Counted from the first letter of the stretch, positions 49,815-60,868 are shown. The stretch is DNA of 64,000 nt from Candidatus Heimdallarchaeota archaeon (GCA_016840095.1 JAEOSZ010000024.1:32001-96000), one strand, 5' to 3'. Numbers and translations: made by a program. The notes: a model not told the origin generated them from the sequence alone.

Positions 49815-50621
49815 GTGAAAACAATGGTCAAAATATATCTCAAAAATATGAAAAAAAATTGGAAAAGTGGAATCATTCCTCCTGCAGTAGTTGCTATAAT
49901 TGTACCTATAATTGCTGCAATTTGGCCAGAACTTGAAGAGTTTTCAGAATTATTTCAAACATTTCTTGAAAATCCATTTTTTGAGGCTTTTCTTGGACAT
50001 CTAGGTATAGGAGATCTTTCTACTTGGATGGGGGTTTACTACATGTACATTTTTATTTGGTTGGAATTAATTTTAGTATTTTTAGTAATTTTCTTTCCTT
50101 CTAGAATAATAACAACTGAAGTAGATAAACAAACCTTGGATATGACACTAAGTTTACCAATACCTAGATGGAGATTCTTACTAGAGAAATTCTCTGTATA
50201 TCTAACTTACAACCTCATTTATCCAGTAATGATAATAGTATTAACAGTGATAAGTACTAGGGCAATGAATGAAGAGATGAACTATTTAGTTTTGACCTAT
50301 TCATTAATTGGCATTTGGATGTGGTTTTTCGTTCTCGGTGCAATTTCATTACTTTGTGGTGCTCTTTTTCTTGAATCTAGAAAAACACTTGCTGCTTCTG
50401 CTACTATAATTATTACAATGTTTATAATTGTTCGAATAGGAGGAATGCTTGAATCTCTAAAAATACTGAAGTACTTCTCTGTTTTCAATTATATGTCAGC
50501 AGGAAGAATTCGAGATGCTGGAGTTTTTCCGGTAGGTGATTTCTTCATTCTATTGGGTATAGGTTTGACAGCACTACTTGGAGCACTTTTCATATTTCAA
50601 AAAAGAGAGCTAACTTACTAG
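49815..50621 (+). CDS. ABC-2 type permease
   Basis: 6 TM; E...TLD..LS.PI.R...EKF; F.KREL. Confidence 0.88.
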   Translation: MKTMVKIYLKNMKKNWKSGIIPPAVVAIIVPIIAAIWPELEEFSELFQTFLENPFFEAFLGHLGIGDLSTWMGVYYMYIFIWLELILVFLVIFFPSRIITTEVDKQTLDMTLSLPIPRWRFLLEKFSVYLTYNLIYPVMIIVLTVISTRAMNEEMNYLVLTYSLIGIWMWFFVLGAISLLCGALFLESRKTLAASATIIITMFIIVRIGGMLESLKILKYFSVFNYMSAGRIRDAGVFPVGDFFILLGIGLTALLGALFIFQKRELTY

Positions 50622-51655
50622 CTCTTACTCTTTACATATTTCAATCCTATTTCCTTAATTGTTTCTAATGCATTTTCTGAAAACACTGGAAGATTTTCTC
50701 GTTCAGTAACTATAGAATTATTATATAATTCAAAGAATCTGAATGGATTTCCTATTGTTCTTATCAAATCATCAAAATTAGAATTTTTGATTATAATATT
50801 AGTCAGATAGTATCCTAGAGGATGACCAGCTAGTGGAATAGCTTTCTTCATTTCCTCACCTAATTCAGCTAATGAAATAACATTCTCTACATACCTATCA
50901 AATAGCGTATTAATCTTAATAATCTGTTCTGGTGCTTTTTCTAGGCTTTCCTTAAAGTGTTTAACATAAGCTTTAGGAAATGATGTTTCAACACCACCAA
51001 AAATGAAGTAGTCCTTATCTATATGATCAGCAATTCCTTCAGCTTGAATCTGATTTAGAATCCAGATTAAATCTTTATCTTCTTCCTCTATGTCTTCTTT
51101 ATCATAGACTAGAAGCTGATTTCTGTAGAAATGATGAACCTCATGAGCTGTTAACGAAACAAAATCCTCTATTTGACTAGCAAAAATTGCGTCCATTACA
51201 ATAGTATCATAACCTCTTGCATCTGTATCAAAAATCAAAATTGAAACTGTTGGATCCTTCTCTGGTTCCTTAAATGGAAGAAAAGCTAAAGCCCTAGCAT
51301 AGATAGTCTCATCTAGTTTTTCCCATTTATCTTTTATCACCTTTATTTTCTCTTTGTAAAATTCTTTATTCTTTCTTACATGAGTATAATATTTTAGATA
51401 TCGACTTGTTTTACCTTCAAGTAACTTATCTAAAGTTTCTCCTCTCTCAGAATCAAAGACAACGAGAAAGCTTTGCTTAAAGAAATCTATATTAAATTCA
51501 GATGCTGTTAGAGTTTTGTATCCTGGAGTATCAAATAATGATTTCCATTCCTCTTCTGTAGGTTCTATAGAATTTTCAATAATTTCAGTTATTTCCCAAA
51601 ATTTCTCAATACTTGATAAATCAAGCCTAATCTTCATTTTTTGACAATTCCTCAA
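50618..51655 (-). CDS. Putative Zn-dependent protease (DUF5700/DUF2268-like)
   Basis: AHEVHH, EGIAD, GH.LGY. Confidence 0.78.
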   Translation of the reverse strand: MRNCQKMKIRLDLSSIEKFWEITEIIENSIEPTEEEWKSLFDTPGYKTLTASEFNIDFFKQSFLVVFDSERGETLDKLLEGKTSRYLKYYTHVRKNKEFYKEKIKVIKDKWEKLDETIYARALAFLPFKEPEKDPTVSILIFDTDARGYDTIVMDAIFASQIEDFVSLTAHEVHHFYRNQLLVYDKEDIEEEDKDLIWILNQIQAEGIADHIDKDYFIFGGVETSFPKAYVKHFKESLEKAPEQIIKINTLFDRYVENVISLAELGEEMKKAIPLAGHPLGYYLTNIIIKNSNFDDLIRTIGNPFRFFELYNNSIVTERENLPVFSENALETIKEIGLKYVKSKS

Positions 51656-53720
51656 TCATTAATTCAGGATCATTTGTAGGTTGTTTACAAACATAATCCT
51701 TGCATACGTATGCAGTTACTTGATTATTTATCATCTTGTAATCTTTTAAGATTTCTATATTCTTTACTAGTGTATCATCTTCTTCATGTTTTAGGATTAC
51801 AACTTTATTTGGAATATATTGCTCATTAATTTTCTCTATAAATTTGCTTATTTCCTTGTCTTCTTTTTTTGTTACAAGTATTATTTCAAAAGAAGGACCT
51901 ATGGCAAAATCAAGAGAAGTCAAAATAAAGGAAAATGCTGAAGGTATTCTGTTAATTTGTTTTGCAAAATTCTTCATCAAGTCATCAGCTTTCTTTTCCA
52001 AATTAGCTTTTGATGTCAACTTGGCTATTTTGATTAGATTAAGCATTGAAACCGAATTTCCGGAAGGAATAGAACCGTCATAAACAGGTTTTTCTCTAAC
52101 TAGAAGCTCTTCACCATCATCAGGTGTAAAGAAAAATCCACCTGATTTATCGTCCCAAAAATGTTTGATGACAATAGAATTCTGATTAATAGCTTCAGTT
52201 AAGTAACTAGGATTAAAACTGGTTTCATATAATTCTAATAATCCCCATATCATGAAGGCATAATCATCAAGATTTGCAGTTATTCCAGCATTTCCATTTC
52301 TGTATCGGTGAAGTAATCGATCATCTTTTTGCTTCAAGTGTGTTTGAATAAATTTTGTAGCTTTTTCTGCAGTTTGTAGATATTTATCTTTATTGAATAC
52401 TCTGGAAGCTTTTGAAAAAGCAGCAATCATTAAACCATTCCAGTCGGTCAGAATTTTATCATCCTTTAGAGGGTGGATTCTCTCTTTTCTATTTCTGAAA
52501 AGTTTGTCTCGGATGGTTTCAAATTTTACATTGAACTCTTCTTTACTCATCTTTAAATCTTCAAGAATTTCTGAAATTGGTTTAGTGAGATGTAGTATGT
52601 TTGAAGAAGATTTCTTTTGAGTAGCTTCATCTAGAAAGTTCCCTGTTGATGATATATTGAATATCTTAACAGCTAGTTCAGCTTCGTCTTTGTTAAGGAT
52701 TTTAGCAATTTCTTTATGAGACCAGATGTAGAATTTTCCTTCTTCTCCTTCACTATCTGCATCTTCAGCAGAATAAAATCCACCTTCTTCTGAAGTCATA
52801 TCTCTCTGAACATACTCAAGAATTTCTTCTGCTGTCTGTTTGTAAATATCTTTTTTTGTTATTTGATAAGCTTCAGTATAAGCAATTACTAGCATAGCTT
52901 GATCATAGAGCATTTTCTCAAAATGAGGTACTAACCAATGTCTATCTGTAGAGTATCTATGAAAACCGAATCCTATGTGATCGTAAATACCTCCCAATCT
53001 CATTTTGAGTAAAGTATTTTCAACCATTTGTAATGCTACATTATCTTTAAATCTATTCCAATATCTCAGCAAGAAGAGTAAATTGTGAGGTGAAGGAAAT
53101 TTAGGTTGAGAACCAAACCCACCAAGTACTTCGTCATATCTACTATCTAGTTCATCGAATCCCCTAACTAATAGTTCTACTCCATCATAGTTTGCTTGAG
53201 AGGATATTGTAGACTCTTCGAGATGAACAGTAACTTGCTCAGCTGTTTGATAAACATCTTGTCTTTTTGTTTTCCATACTTCTATAATCTGAGTAAGCAA
53301 ATCAATCAATCCTGTCATACCAAACCTTCCTTCTTTGGGAATGTATGTTCCAGCAAAAAATGGTTTCTTATCAGGTGTCATGATAATTGTCATAGGCCAC
53401 CCTCCTCTTCTAGTCATCATCTGAGTTACTGTCATATAGATACTATCTATATCAGGACGTTCTTCCCTATCTACTTTAATTGAGATGAAATTGTCATTCA
53501 AAATTGTAGCTACATCATGATCCTCGAATGATTCATGTTCCATTACATGACACCAATGACAGGTAGCATAGCCAACTGAAAGGAAGATAGGTTTGTCCTC
53601 TTTTTTTGCCTTGTTAAAAGCTTCTTCTCCCCATGGATACCAGTTTACTGGATTATAGGCATGTTGGAGCAAATAAGGACTTTGTTCATTTATCAGATTA
53701 TTTGGTCTGGTCATCTTCAT
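51627..53720 (-). CDS. Thioredoxin-domain/six-hairpin protein (DUF255, YyaL/SPATA20 family)
   Basis: [44 protein letters not shown]. Confidence 0.94.
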   Translation of the reverse strand: MKMTRPNNLINEQSPYLLQHAYNPVNWYPWGEEAFNKAKKEDKPIFLSVGYATCHWCHVMEHESFEDHDVATILNDNFISIKVDREERPDIDSIYMTVTQMMTRRGGWPMTIIMTPDKKPFFAGTYIPKEGRFGMTGLIDLLTQIIEVWKTKRQDVYQTAEQVTVHLEESTISSQANYDGVELLVRGFDELDSRYDEVLGGFGSQPKFPSPHNLLFLLRYWNRFKDNVALQMVENTLLKMRLGGIYDHIGFGFHRYSTDRHWLVPHFEKMLYDQAMLVIAYTEAYQITKKDIYKQTAEEILEYVQRDMTSEEGGFYSAEDADSEGEEGKFYIWSHKEIAKILNKDEAELAVKIFNISSTGNFLDEATQKKSSSNILHLTKPISEILEDLKMSKEEFNVKFETIRDKLFRNRKERIHPLKDDKILTDWNGLMIAAFSKASRVFNKDKYLQTAEKATKFIQTHLKQKDDRLLHRYRNGNAGITANLDDYAFMIWGLLELYETSFNPSYLTEAINQNSIVIKHFWDDKSGGFFFTPDDGEELLVREKPVYDGSIPSGNSVSMLNLIKIAKLTSKANLEKKADDLMKNFAKQINRIPSAFSFILTSLDFAIGPSFEIILVTKKEDKEISKFIEKINEQYIPNKVVILKHEEDDTLVKNIEILKDYKMINNQVTAYVCKDYVCKQPTNDPELMIEELSKNED

Positions 53721-53876
53721 TTCAAAGTATTTTCTTCAGCTTTAAATAGTATCCAAAGAACAAAATTCTTGCCGTACTTAAGTCAGACTTCAAATATTTG
53801 AAGCATAATATAGATATATCCATTAAATTATAGATAATTCAAAACCGCTCCTTCACATTTAGGAAGTATTGCCACA

Positions 53877-55475
53877 ATGAATAGTCAAACTAAAAACAAA
53901 GCTTCATCCATTCTCATTATTTTGATTATTTGTCTTAGTTTAACTCCTTCTAGCAGCTTTCTTCAAACCTCCTCCTTCTCTATTGTTCAGGTAGGCAAAT
54001 CTACTATCAATGAAGAGAGTACTAACCGATTTGAAGGTTATAATCTATTTGTTGTAGAAAGGAGGAGTTCTCTCGGTTGGACTATGATTAATAGAACAAT
54101 GTTGATTACAGATTTAGATGGAAATATTTATTTCGAGAGAGAATTGGGTTATAGTGGTACATTAGCTGACAGTGCTGCAGAATTTATTAACTCTACAACC
54201 ATTCTATATGGTGATGCTGGGCATGCATATTTATGGAATATAGAAACAGATGTAACTAAATATCTGAATTTGACTGGGCATCATGATTTTGAGAGAAACT
54301 ATGCAAATAATACTTATTTTGTTCTTAAGGGAGGTGTAATTGAAATTAATGGATCAGAATATCTTTATGATAAGATACATGAATATTCACAGGAAGGAGA
54401 TCTTGTTTGGGAGTTCAACACTTTGGATGTAGTTAATGAATCATATTGGTGTCCATTTGAGGATATGGAATCAGGTTTTAGGGATTTAACACACTCGAAT
54501 ACAGTATTCTATGATGAAACAGAAGATGTCATTTACTTAAACATGAGAAATATCAACACATTTTACAAAATAGATCATAAAACTGGAAAGGTATTATGGG
54601 GACTGGGTGAGTTTGGAAATTTTACATTGTATGATATTTTTGGTTATCAACAAGAAAACATCTTCTTCCACACGCATTCTCTTGAAAAAACTGGAAACAA
54701 TACTTTCTTAGTTTTCGATAATGATATGCACAACCAAACCAACGCAAATAATCTTAATTCTAGATTGCTAGAAATGACTGTAGATGAAGACAAAATGATC
54801 GCGAATGTTTCATGGCATTGGATCTCTACTGTAGATTATTTCAGTGGTTGGTGGGGAGATTGTGATGGTCTTCCTAACAACAATGTACTTGGTGTTTTTG
54901 GTGCAACTGGGCATCCAGAAACTGAATATGGAGCAAGGCTAGTTGAAGTAAATCGAAATCAAGAAATTGTTTGGGAGTATAATTTTCCCAAAGTTGGAGA
55001 TGAGGTTTTCGGTGTCTATAAGATTGAAAGAGTTAGATTTGCTCCAATAGTTTCAACACCTCGTTTTATTGAGGAAGTAAATGCAAGTTACCTGGAATGG
55101 GATGTCTGGTACAACTTTAGATCAAAAACAAAATTTGATGGAACATATTATGTTGATATTGATGGTGTTGCAGTTGAAACTGGTCAGATTGAATTTCCAT
55201 TATTTTGGCAATCAACACAAGTTCAATATTTAGTTGATGAGTTAACTGCTGGAAGTCACAATATTTCTTTGATTGTTTCTGATGAAGCAGGTCATTTATC
55301 TAACGAATCTGATAGATACAGTTCTACTGGATCAATTATCATAACTAAATTAATTGGAAAATCGTTAATTTTTGGTTTATCTATTGGAATACCAAGCTCT
55401 GTATTATTTATTGCACTAACAATTCTTTTCATATTTCTAAAGAAGAAAGGATTTCTAAAAAGAAAGAGAGGATGA
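53877..55475 (+). CDS. Aryl-sulfate sulfotransferase (ASST)-like beta-propeller, secreted, C-terminal TM (copy 1)
   Basis: HHD, THSN, R, FHTH, FDN, LPNNN motifs; signal peptide; TM + basic tail. Confidence 0.8.
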   Translation: MNSQTKNKASSILIILIICLSLTPSSSFLQTSSFSIVQVGKSTINEESTNRFEGYNLFVVERRSSLGWTMINRTMLITDLDGNIYFERELGYSGTLADSAAEFINSTTILYGDAGHAYLWNIETDVTKYLNLTGHHDFERNYANNTYFVLKGGVIEINGSEYLYDKIHEYSQEGDLVWEFNTLDVVNESYWCPFEDMESGFRDLTHSNTVFYDETEDVIYLNMRNINTFYKIDHKTGKVLWGLGEFGNFTLYDIFGYQQENIFFHTHSLEKTGNNTFLVFDNDMHNQTNANNLNSRLLEMTVDEDKMIANVSWHWISTVDYFSGWWGDCDGLPNNNVLGVFGATGHPETEYGARLVEVNRNQEIVWEYNFPKVGDEVFGVYKIERVRFAPIVSTPRFIEEVNASYLEWDVWYNFRSKTKFDGTYYVDIDGVAVETGQIEFPLFWQSTQVQYLVDELTAGSHNISLIVSDEAGHLSNESDRYSSTGSIIITKLIGKSLIFGLSIGIPSSVLFIALTILFIFLKKKGFLKRKRG

Positions 55476-55562
55476 TAACAATAAAATCTAGAGAATCACT
55501 TCAATTTTAGTAGGCGGTTCTTACACAAAACATAAAATATACAATGTTTATCATCGGTTGGA

Positions 55563-57146
55563 ATGAGTATTACTAGAGAATTTCAAATGTCCAAATCTGG
55601 AAAGTTAATGCTATTGGTACTAATCCTCAGTTTGATGACTATTCAAATAACAGGAACAAATGGATATTTTGCTACTTCACCAGAGGTTCAGATTCTCGAT
55701 GCTCAGAACATAGTTGCAACTGAACGATTTGAAGGATACAATCTCTATGCTCGGGAACTAATGACATATGATACTTCTATTCTTATTGACCGAAAGATAG
55801 TGATCACAGATATGGAAGGGAACATTTATGCTGAAAGAGAGATAAGTCATGATAATTCTATTTCTGATTGTCCGGTTGAATTTATCAATTCTACTACCTT
55901 GGTATATGGAGAAACAGGTGGAACTAAACTCTGGAATTTAGAAACTAATGTTACTGTAAACCTCAATTTTGAAGGACATCATGAAGTTGAATATGATTAT
56001 CTTAGTGAGACTTACTATACATTCAACCGTTATATAACTGAAATTGATGAAGAATTTTATGGCTTTGATTATGTTAGTGAATATAATTCAAGTGGTGATC
56101 TTTTAAGCTCAATAGATACTATCAATTATTCCAATATTACTGAGATCTGTCCATTTGAAGATCTCTTTAATTCGAGTATAGATGTCTTCCATGCTAATTC
56201 TTTGGTTTTCGATGAAGAAGAAGATGCAATATATCTGAATAGCAGAGGTCTCAATACCTTTTATAAAATTGATCGTCAAACTGGTGATTTGATATGGGCT
56301 TTAGGGAGATATGGCAATTTTACTTTATTCGATTATTATGGTAATCAAAGAGATTTTCTTTGGTTCCATAGTCACAGTCTTGAAAAGGTTGATGATGATA
56401 AATTCTTACTATTTGACAATGATACTCACAACCAGACAGATGCAACTAACCAAGAATCAAGACTTGTAGAACTCACTATTGATGAGGACAAAATGCAAGC
56501 AAATGTAACTTGGCAATGGATTGGTCCAGAAGATTATTGGAGTGCTATTTGGGGAGACTGTGACTTACTTCCAAATGGTAATAAGCTAGGAGTTTTTGGC
56601 TATACTCTGTACAAAGGAAAAACAGAAGGAGCTAAAATCGTTGAAGTAAATACTGATGGAGAGATACTTTGGAGCCTCACATCTCCAAAAGAACAAAATC
56701 TAAAATATGGAATTTATGCTATGGACAGAGTAAGATTTGCTCCTTTTACATCAGAATCAAGATTAGTAAATCCAAAAAGTAATGCGTACTTTGAATGGGA
56801 TATCTGGTATAACTTTAGATCAAAAACAAATTTTACAGGAGAATACTTTATCTATCTAGATGACCAACTTGTAGAAAGTGACACTATTATCTTTCCCAAA
56901 TATTGGCACCCAAAAACAATAAGATATATTCTTCCTGAAGTAGTTGATGGCAAACATAAAATCTCGATAGTCGTTGCTGATGAAGGGGGACATCTTTCAC
57001 TTGATTCAGATTTCTACGATGGTGAAGGAACAACTACCTTCCGTTTGAAATTGAAACTTGAATTAGTATTTGGATTGTCACTTGGTATTGGAGTACCAGT
57101 TATTTCAGCATCTGTTTTTGTTTGGTTGAAGTTTTTTAAGAAATAA
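55563..57146 (+). CDS. Aryl-sulfate sulfotransferase (ASST)-like protein (copy 2)
   Basis: HHE, FHANS, FHSH, FDN, LPNGN; paralog of the preceding gene. Confidence 0.8.
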   Translation: MSITREFQMSKSGKLMLLVLILSLMTIQITGTNGYFATSPEVQILDAQNIVATERFEGYNLYARELMTYDTSILIDRKIVITDMEGNIYAEREISHDNSISDCPVEFINSTTLVYGETGGTKLWNLETNVTVNLNFEGHHEVEYDYLSETYYTFNRYITEIDEEFYGFDYVSEYNSSGDLLSSIDTINYSNITEICPFEDLFNSSIDVFHANSLVFDEEEDAIYLNSRGLNTFYKIDRQTGDLIWALGRYGNFTLFDYYGNQRDFLWFHSHSLEKVDDDKFLLFDNDTHNQTDATNQESRLVELTIDEDKMQANVTWQWIGPEDYWSAIWGDCDLLPNGNKLGVFGYTLYKGKTEGAKIVEVNTDGEILWSLTSPKEQNLKYGIYAMDRVRFAPFTSESRLVNPKSNAYFEWDIWYNFRSKTNFTGEYFIYLDDQLVESDTIIFPKYWHPKTIRYILPEVVDGKHKISIVVADEGGHLSLDSDFYDGEGTTTFRLKLKLELVFGLSLGIGVPVISASVFVWLKFFKK

Positions 57147-57197
57147 AATAAAATGAACTAAAAACTATCATGTTGATAATTAGGTTGATATTAATTA

Positions 57198-58043
57198 TCA
57201 ATTATCTTCATCAAATTCTGATGCTGGTGGAGATGGAACTCTAGCAACTTCTATTTTCCCGTCTGCTCCTATCATAGGTCTTGGAGGAGGTGCACTTGGT
57301 GCTGGAATTGCTGGTGGTGGAGGGGTATCTCTCATCACTGGTGCAATAAATCTTATGTGATTCTTCAAATTTACAAATGCGAACACATAGAGAATATTGC
57401 CCACTATTATTCCTATGAAGAAATAGATATCCAAGAACATCAAAATTGCAAATATTATCTGAATAAAGCTTCCAAGAAGAACATGATAAGCAGTATTTCT
57501 ATAGACTGTGGGTTTAAATCCATACCTGCCGAGAATTAGATTAAAGAAGTAAAAAGCTGCATTTAAACTAATATTAGCTAATATCAGAGCTATAATCCAC
57601 CCAAAAGCTGGCAAGAAGAATGCTAAACCCATTAATATGCAGTAAATGAGTAAACTCAGTCTAATTTTTGTAGCTTGAATTAAGGTTTTCTCTGCTTCTC
57701 CAATTTTCTTGAATTCTACACTTAACTTGAAGATAGAGAATAATACAATTACAGAAGCAGCAAAGAATAGAATTGAAAGAATTATTGCTATATATCCTGT
57801 AATCTGTCCTAGAAGAGTAACGAATTGAGATGTAGCTGTTAATCCACTAGTAATTGAATATATGTCGATAAAATTAGAAGCAACAAATACAACAGGGGAT
57901 CCAAAGAAAACTAGTTCCACAATAATGAAGAAGAATATTCCTACTATAGTAGCCAAAATTGTCTGAAATATAATTAAATTTGATATTTCTTTTGAAATCT
58001 TTGAAATTGAAGTTTTTATATTATCTAGTACTTCTTTAATCAA
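57198..58043 (-). CDS. Hypothetical polytopic membrane protein with proline-rich C-terminal tail
   Basis: About 6 TM; tail PPPPAIPAPSAPPPRP. Confidence 0.75.
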   Translation of the reverse strand: MIKEVLDNIKTSISKISKEISNLIIFQTILATIVGIFFFIIVELVFFGSPVVFVASNFIDIYSITSGLTATSQFVTLLGQITGYIAIILSILFFAASVIVLFSIFKLSVEFKKIGEAEKTLIQATKIRLSLLIYCILMGLAFFLPAFGWIIALILANISLNAAFYFFNLILGRYGFKPTVYRNTAYHVLLGSFIQIIFAILMFLDIYFFIGIIVGNILYVFAFVNLKNHIRFIAPVMRDTPPPPAIPAPSAPPPRPMIGADGKIEVARVPSPPASEFDEDN

Positions 58044-58126
58044 TTTAAAGTCCCCTTATCAATAGTAATTATTTGTTTCTTCTTAAAAGATTATTGCTTT
58101 TCTCAGTAATATATGCAACATGATGA

Positions 58127-58690
58127 TTAGTCATTCAGATCAATTTTTGCATATTCCTCAAACGGTCTTCTCACAGATCTTTTAGTTTCTAATTCTTGAT
58201 GCTTTTCACCTAGTTTACTAAGATTATCAGATTTCTTACCAACAGCTATAAGAGTAATCAGTTTATTCTCTTCTGGAATGTGTAAAACCTTTTTTGCCAA
58301 ATCCTCGTTAAATCCTGCCATAGCATGAGCAACTAATCCTCTATCAACAATAGACAACATTAGCTGTGCAGTTGCTAAACCTGTTCCAAACAAATAATAT
58401 TCTCTGCTACCAATCAAGCATCCATATTCTAGATTAGAATGAACAGCTATTAACATGGATGCTTCTTTTGCCCAATAGTTTCCACCACTTAATGCTTCAT
58501 GAAGACTGGTTAAAACTATTTTATCCTTAACAAAAGCAAATCTCCAAGGTTGTTTATTTGCACAAGATGGAGCTCTTGAAGCTTGATAAGCTATTTCTTT
58601 GATAAATTCATCAGTTATTTCAACTGGCTCTAAAGCTCTATGAGCTGCACGTTTTTCTATAACTTCTGTTAGTTCCATTTCTATTTTCAC
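58127..58690 (-). CDS. Nitroreductase family protein
   Basis: KR.A.R, APSCANKQPW, GL..H.MAGF. Confidence 0.9.
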   Translation of the reverse strand: MKIEMELTEVIEKRAAHRALEPVEITDEFIKEIAYQASRAPSCANKQPWRFAFVKDKIVLTSLHEALSGGNYWAKEASMLIAVHSNLEYGCLIGSREYYLFGTGLATAQLMLSIVDRGLVAHAMAGFNEDLAKKVLHIPEENKLITLIAVGKKSDNLSKLGEKHQELETKRSVRRPFEEYAKIDLND

Positions 58691-59154
58691 TTGCCTTTCA
58701 ATTCAATTAAAGAATCCTTAACATCTTGAATGTGACCCATAACATTGACTTTACTCCAAACCTTAGCTATGTTACCTTGAGGATTAATCAGATATGTAAC
58801 TCTCTTAACTTCAGAAATCATTTTACCTAGAAAAGATCTATTTCTAGCATGATAAGCTTCAATAACATCAAGTTTTTCATCACTAAGCAGTATTATTGAT
58901 ATCTCTTTTTTTGCTTTGAAATTTTTATGGCTTTCAGGAGAATCTGCACTGACTCCTAAAACTACGGCATTTAATTCTGCAAAAGCTTTGTAATTATCAG
59001 TAAAATCACAAGCTTCTTTCGTACATCCAGGAGTTTGATCCTTAGGATAAAAATAGAGTACTATCCATTTATTCAGGAATTCTTTAAGACAAATATCCTT
59101 ATTATTTTCATCTGGTAAACAGAATTCTGGAGCTTTTTCACCAATTTTAAGCAT
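58687..59154 (-). CDS. bcp: Peroxiredoxin, BCP/PrxQ type (CxxxxC)
   Basis: FYPKDQTPGCTKEAC, GVS.D, R.TYLI. Confidence 0.9.
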   Translation of the reverse strand: MLKIGEKAPEFCLPDENNKDICLKEFLNKWIVLYFYPKDQTPGCTKEACDFTDNYKAFAELNAVVLGVSADSPESHKNFKAKKEISIILLSDEKLDVIEAYHARNRSFLGKMISEVKRVTYLINPQGNIAKVWSKVNVMGHIQDVKDSLIELKGK

Positions 59155-59166
59155 TTTATATCCTCT

Positions 59167-59643
59167 CTAAAGATATAATTCTGTTAACAAGTTCTTAACT
59201 TCTTCTGCATGTCCTTTAACTTTAACTTTATCCCAGACTTTAACTATAGTACCATCAGGGTTAATCAGAAATGTACTTCTTTGAATACCCATGTATTCTT
59301 TACCATACATCTTTTTCAAAACCCAAGCACCATACTGTTCGATAACTTTATTTTCTGGATCACTCAATAAAGTAATTTTCAAATCATGTTTTTCAACAAA
59401 CTTACATAATTTGGATTCAGAATCTTTGCTGATTCCTAATATTACTGCATTCTTCAATTTGAATTCTTCAAGATATGCAGTAAAATCTATTGCTTCAACG
59501 GTACACCCTGGAGTGTCTGCTTTGGGATAAAAATAAACAATTACCCATTGATTCTCAAAATCTTTTAAGTTGACCAAATTTCCATTTTGATCATTAAGAG
59601 AAAAATCAGGAGCTTTTTGACCTTCTTTTAGCATTTTAATCAC
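59167..59643 (-). CDS. bcp: Peroxiredoxin, BCP/PrxQ type (second Cys in downstream helix)
   Basis: FYPKADTPGCT, GISKD..LCKF, RSTFLI. Confidence 0.9.
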   Translation of the reverse strand: MIKMLKEGQKAPDFSLNDQNGNLVNLKDFENQWVIVYFYPKADTPGCTVEAIDFTAYLEEFKLKNAVILGISKDSESKLCKFVEKHDLKITLLSDPENKVIEQYGAWVLKKMYGKEYMGIQRSTFLINPDGTIVKVWDKVKVKGHAEEVKNLLTELYL

Positions 59644-60125
59644 TAGAGTTCTCTACGCTTTTTCCGTTCCTTTCTGATAAAATCAGTAATTTCATCAAGA
59701 TTAGGAACAGTTGACATTTCATAAACCTTCATAAAAACTATTTCCTTGTTTTTACCAACAAGAATATTAGCTCTTTTTGAAACCCCTTTATCATCTTGGA
59801 AAACACCTAGAGTACTAGAAAGTTCGCCATGAGGCCAGAAGTCAGCTAATAGTTGAGTTTCTTTGATTCCTAATTCTTCAGCCCATGCTTTTTTTGTAGG
59901 ATCAGAATCAACACTTACTCCAACAGCAATTACATCTAATTCATCAAATTCAGATTTTGCATTTTCTAATGATTGCATTTGTTTTGCACACACTCCAGTC
60001 CAAGCTAGAGGGTGAAAAGAAAGTAAAACCATCTTATCTTTGATATCGTAGAGTTCGAATTCTTCACGATTTTGATCTTTCAGAGTAAAATTAGGTACAG
60101 TATCACCTATTTTCATTGTTATCAC
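59643..60125 (-). CDS. Peroxiredoxin, AhpE-like (single Cys)
   Basis: FHPLAWTGVC, SVDS, DFWPHG, RA. Confidence 0.85.
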   Translation of the reverse strand: MITMKIGDTVPNFTLKDQNREEFELYDIKDKMVLLSFHPLAWTGVCAKQMQSLENAKSEFDELDVIAVGVSVDSDPTKKAWAEELGIKETQLLADFWPHGELSSTLGVFQDDKGVSKRANILVGKNKEIVFMKVYEMSTVPNLDEITDFIRKERKKRREL

Positions 60126-60307
60126 AAATTAAAGTAGTTGAAATAAATTTTTAAAGACTAGTTTTGTGCAAGAAAATAAATTTTCAGAAATCTAAATAGT
60201 AGAAGAGATATGTAATTGTCTAGAAAAGATTTTTGAAGTAGAAACAACTATAGTTGAGACATAATAAGATTTAAATTCTTTTAGGATAAAATGAGGTAGA
60301 ATCCCCA

Positions 60308-60868
60308 ATGCCATCTGAACTAGGAAGAATATTTAAAGTGGTACTAATCGGTGACGGAGCTGTTGGAAAAACTAGTCTTCGAAGAAACTATCTTGGAAAA
60401 AGTTTTAGAGAAAATTATTTAATGACCATAGGAGCAGATTTCAGCGTGAAACAGGTTCCCTATGAGGATTATGTAGTAAGTCTCCAGATTTGGGATTTAG
60501 CAGGACAACCTAGGTTTTCAGAAGTAAGAGGAGCATATTATGCTAACACTTATGGTGCTCTGGTAGTTTTTGATGTAACCAGACCTAATACATTTACCAA
60601 TATTGATTTTTGGATAAATGAGATGATTAAATACAATGATAATAAGCTCATTCCAATGCTTATCATAGGAAATAAAATTGACTTAAGAGGAGAACTTCCA
60701 GATGAGGTTCAAGTAGATAAAACTTCAGCAATGACCTATGCTCAGATTTTATCTGAATGGGGAGGAATAAAAGTTGAATATATCGAAACCTCTGCTAAAA
60801 CAGGGCAGAATGTTGGTTCTGCATTTGAAAGGCTGATTGACAGGATATACTTCCAAATGGGATTATAA
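60308..60868 (+). CDS. Rab-like small GTPase (Ras superfamily)
   Basis: G1 GDGAVGKT, G2 TIGADF, G3 WDLAGQ, G4 NKID, G5 ETSAK; GAGG SD. Confidence 0.93.
   Translation: MPSELGRIFKVVLIGDGAVGKTSLRRNYLGKSFRENYLMTIGADFSVKQVPYEDYVVSLQIWDLAGQPRFSEVRGAYYANTYGALVVFDVTRPNTFTNIDFWINEMIKYNDNKLIPMLIIGNKIDLRGELPDEVQVDKTSAMTYAQILSEWGGIKVEYIETSAKTGQNVGSAFERLIDRIYFQMGL

Noticed and set aside
53843-55519. Shared AACCGC hexamer upstream of both ASST genes
   Set aside because: Only 6 bp and in opposite orientations; not distinguishable from chance
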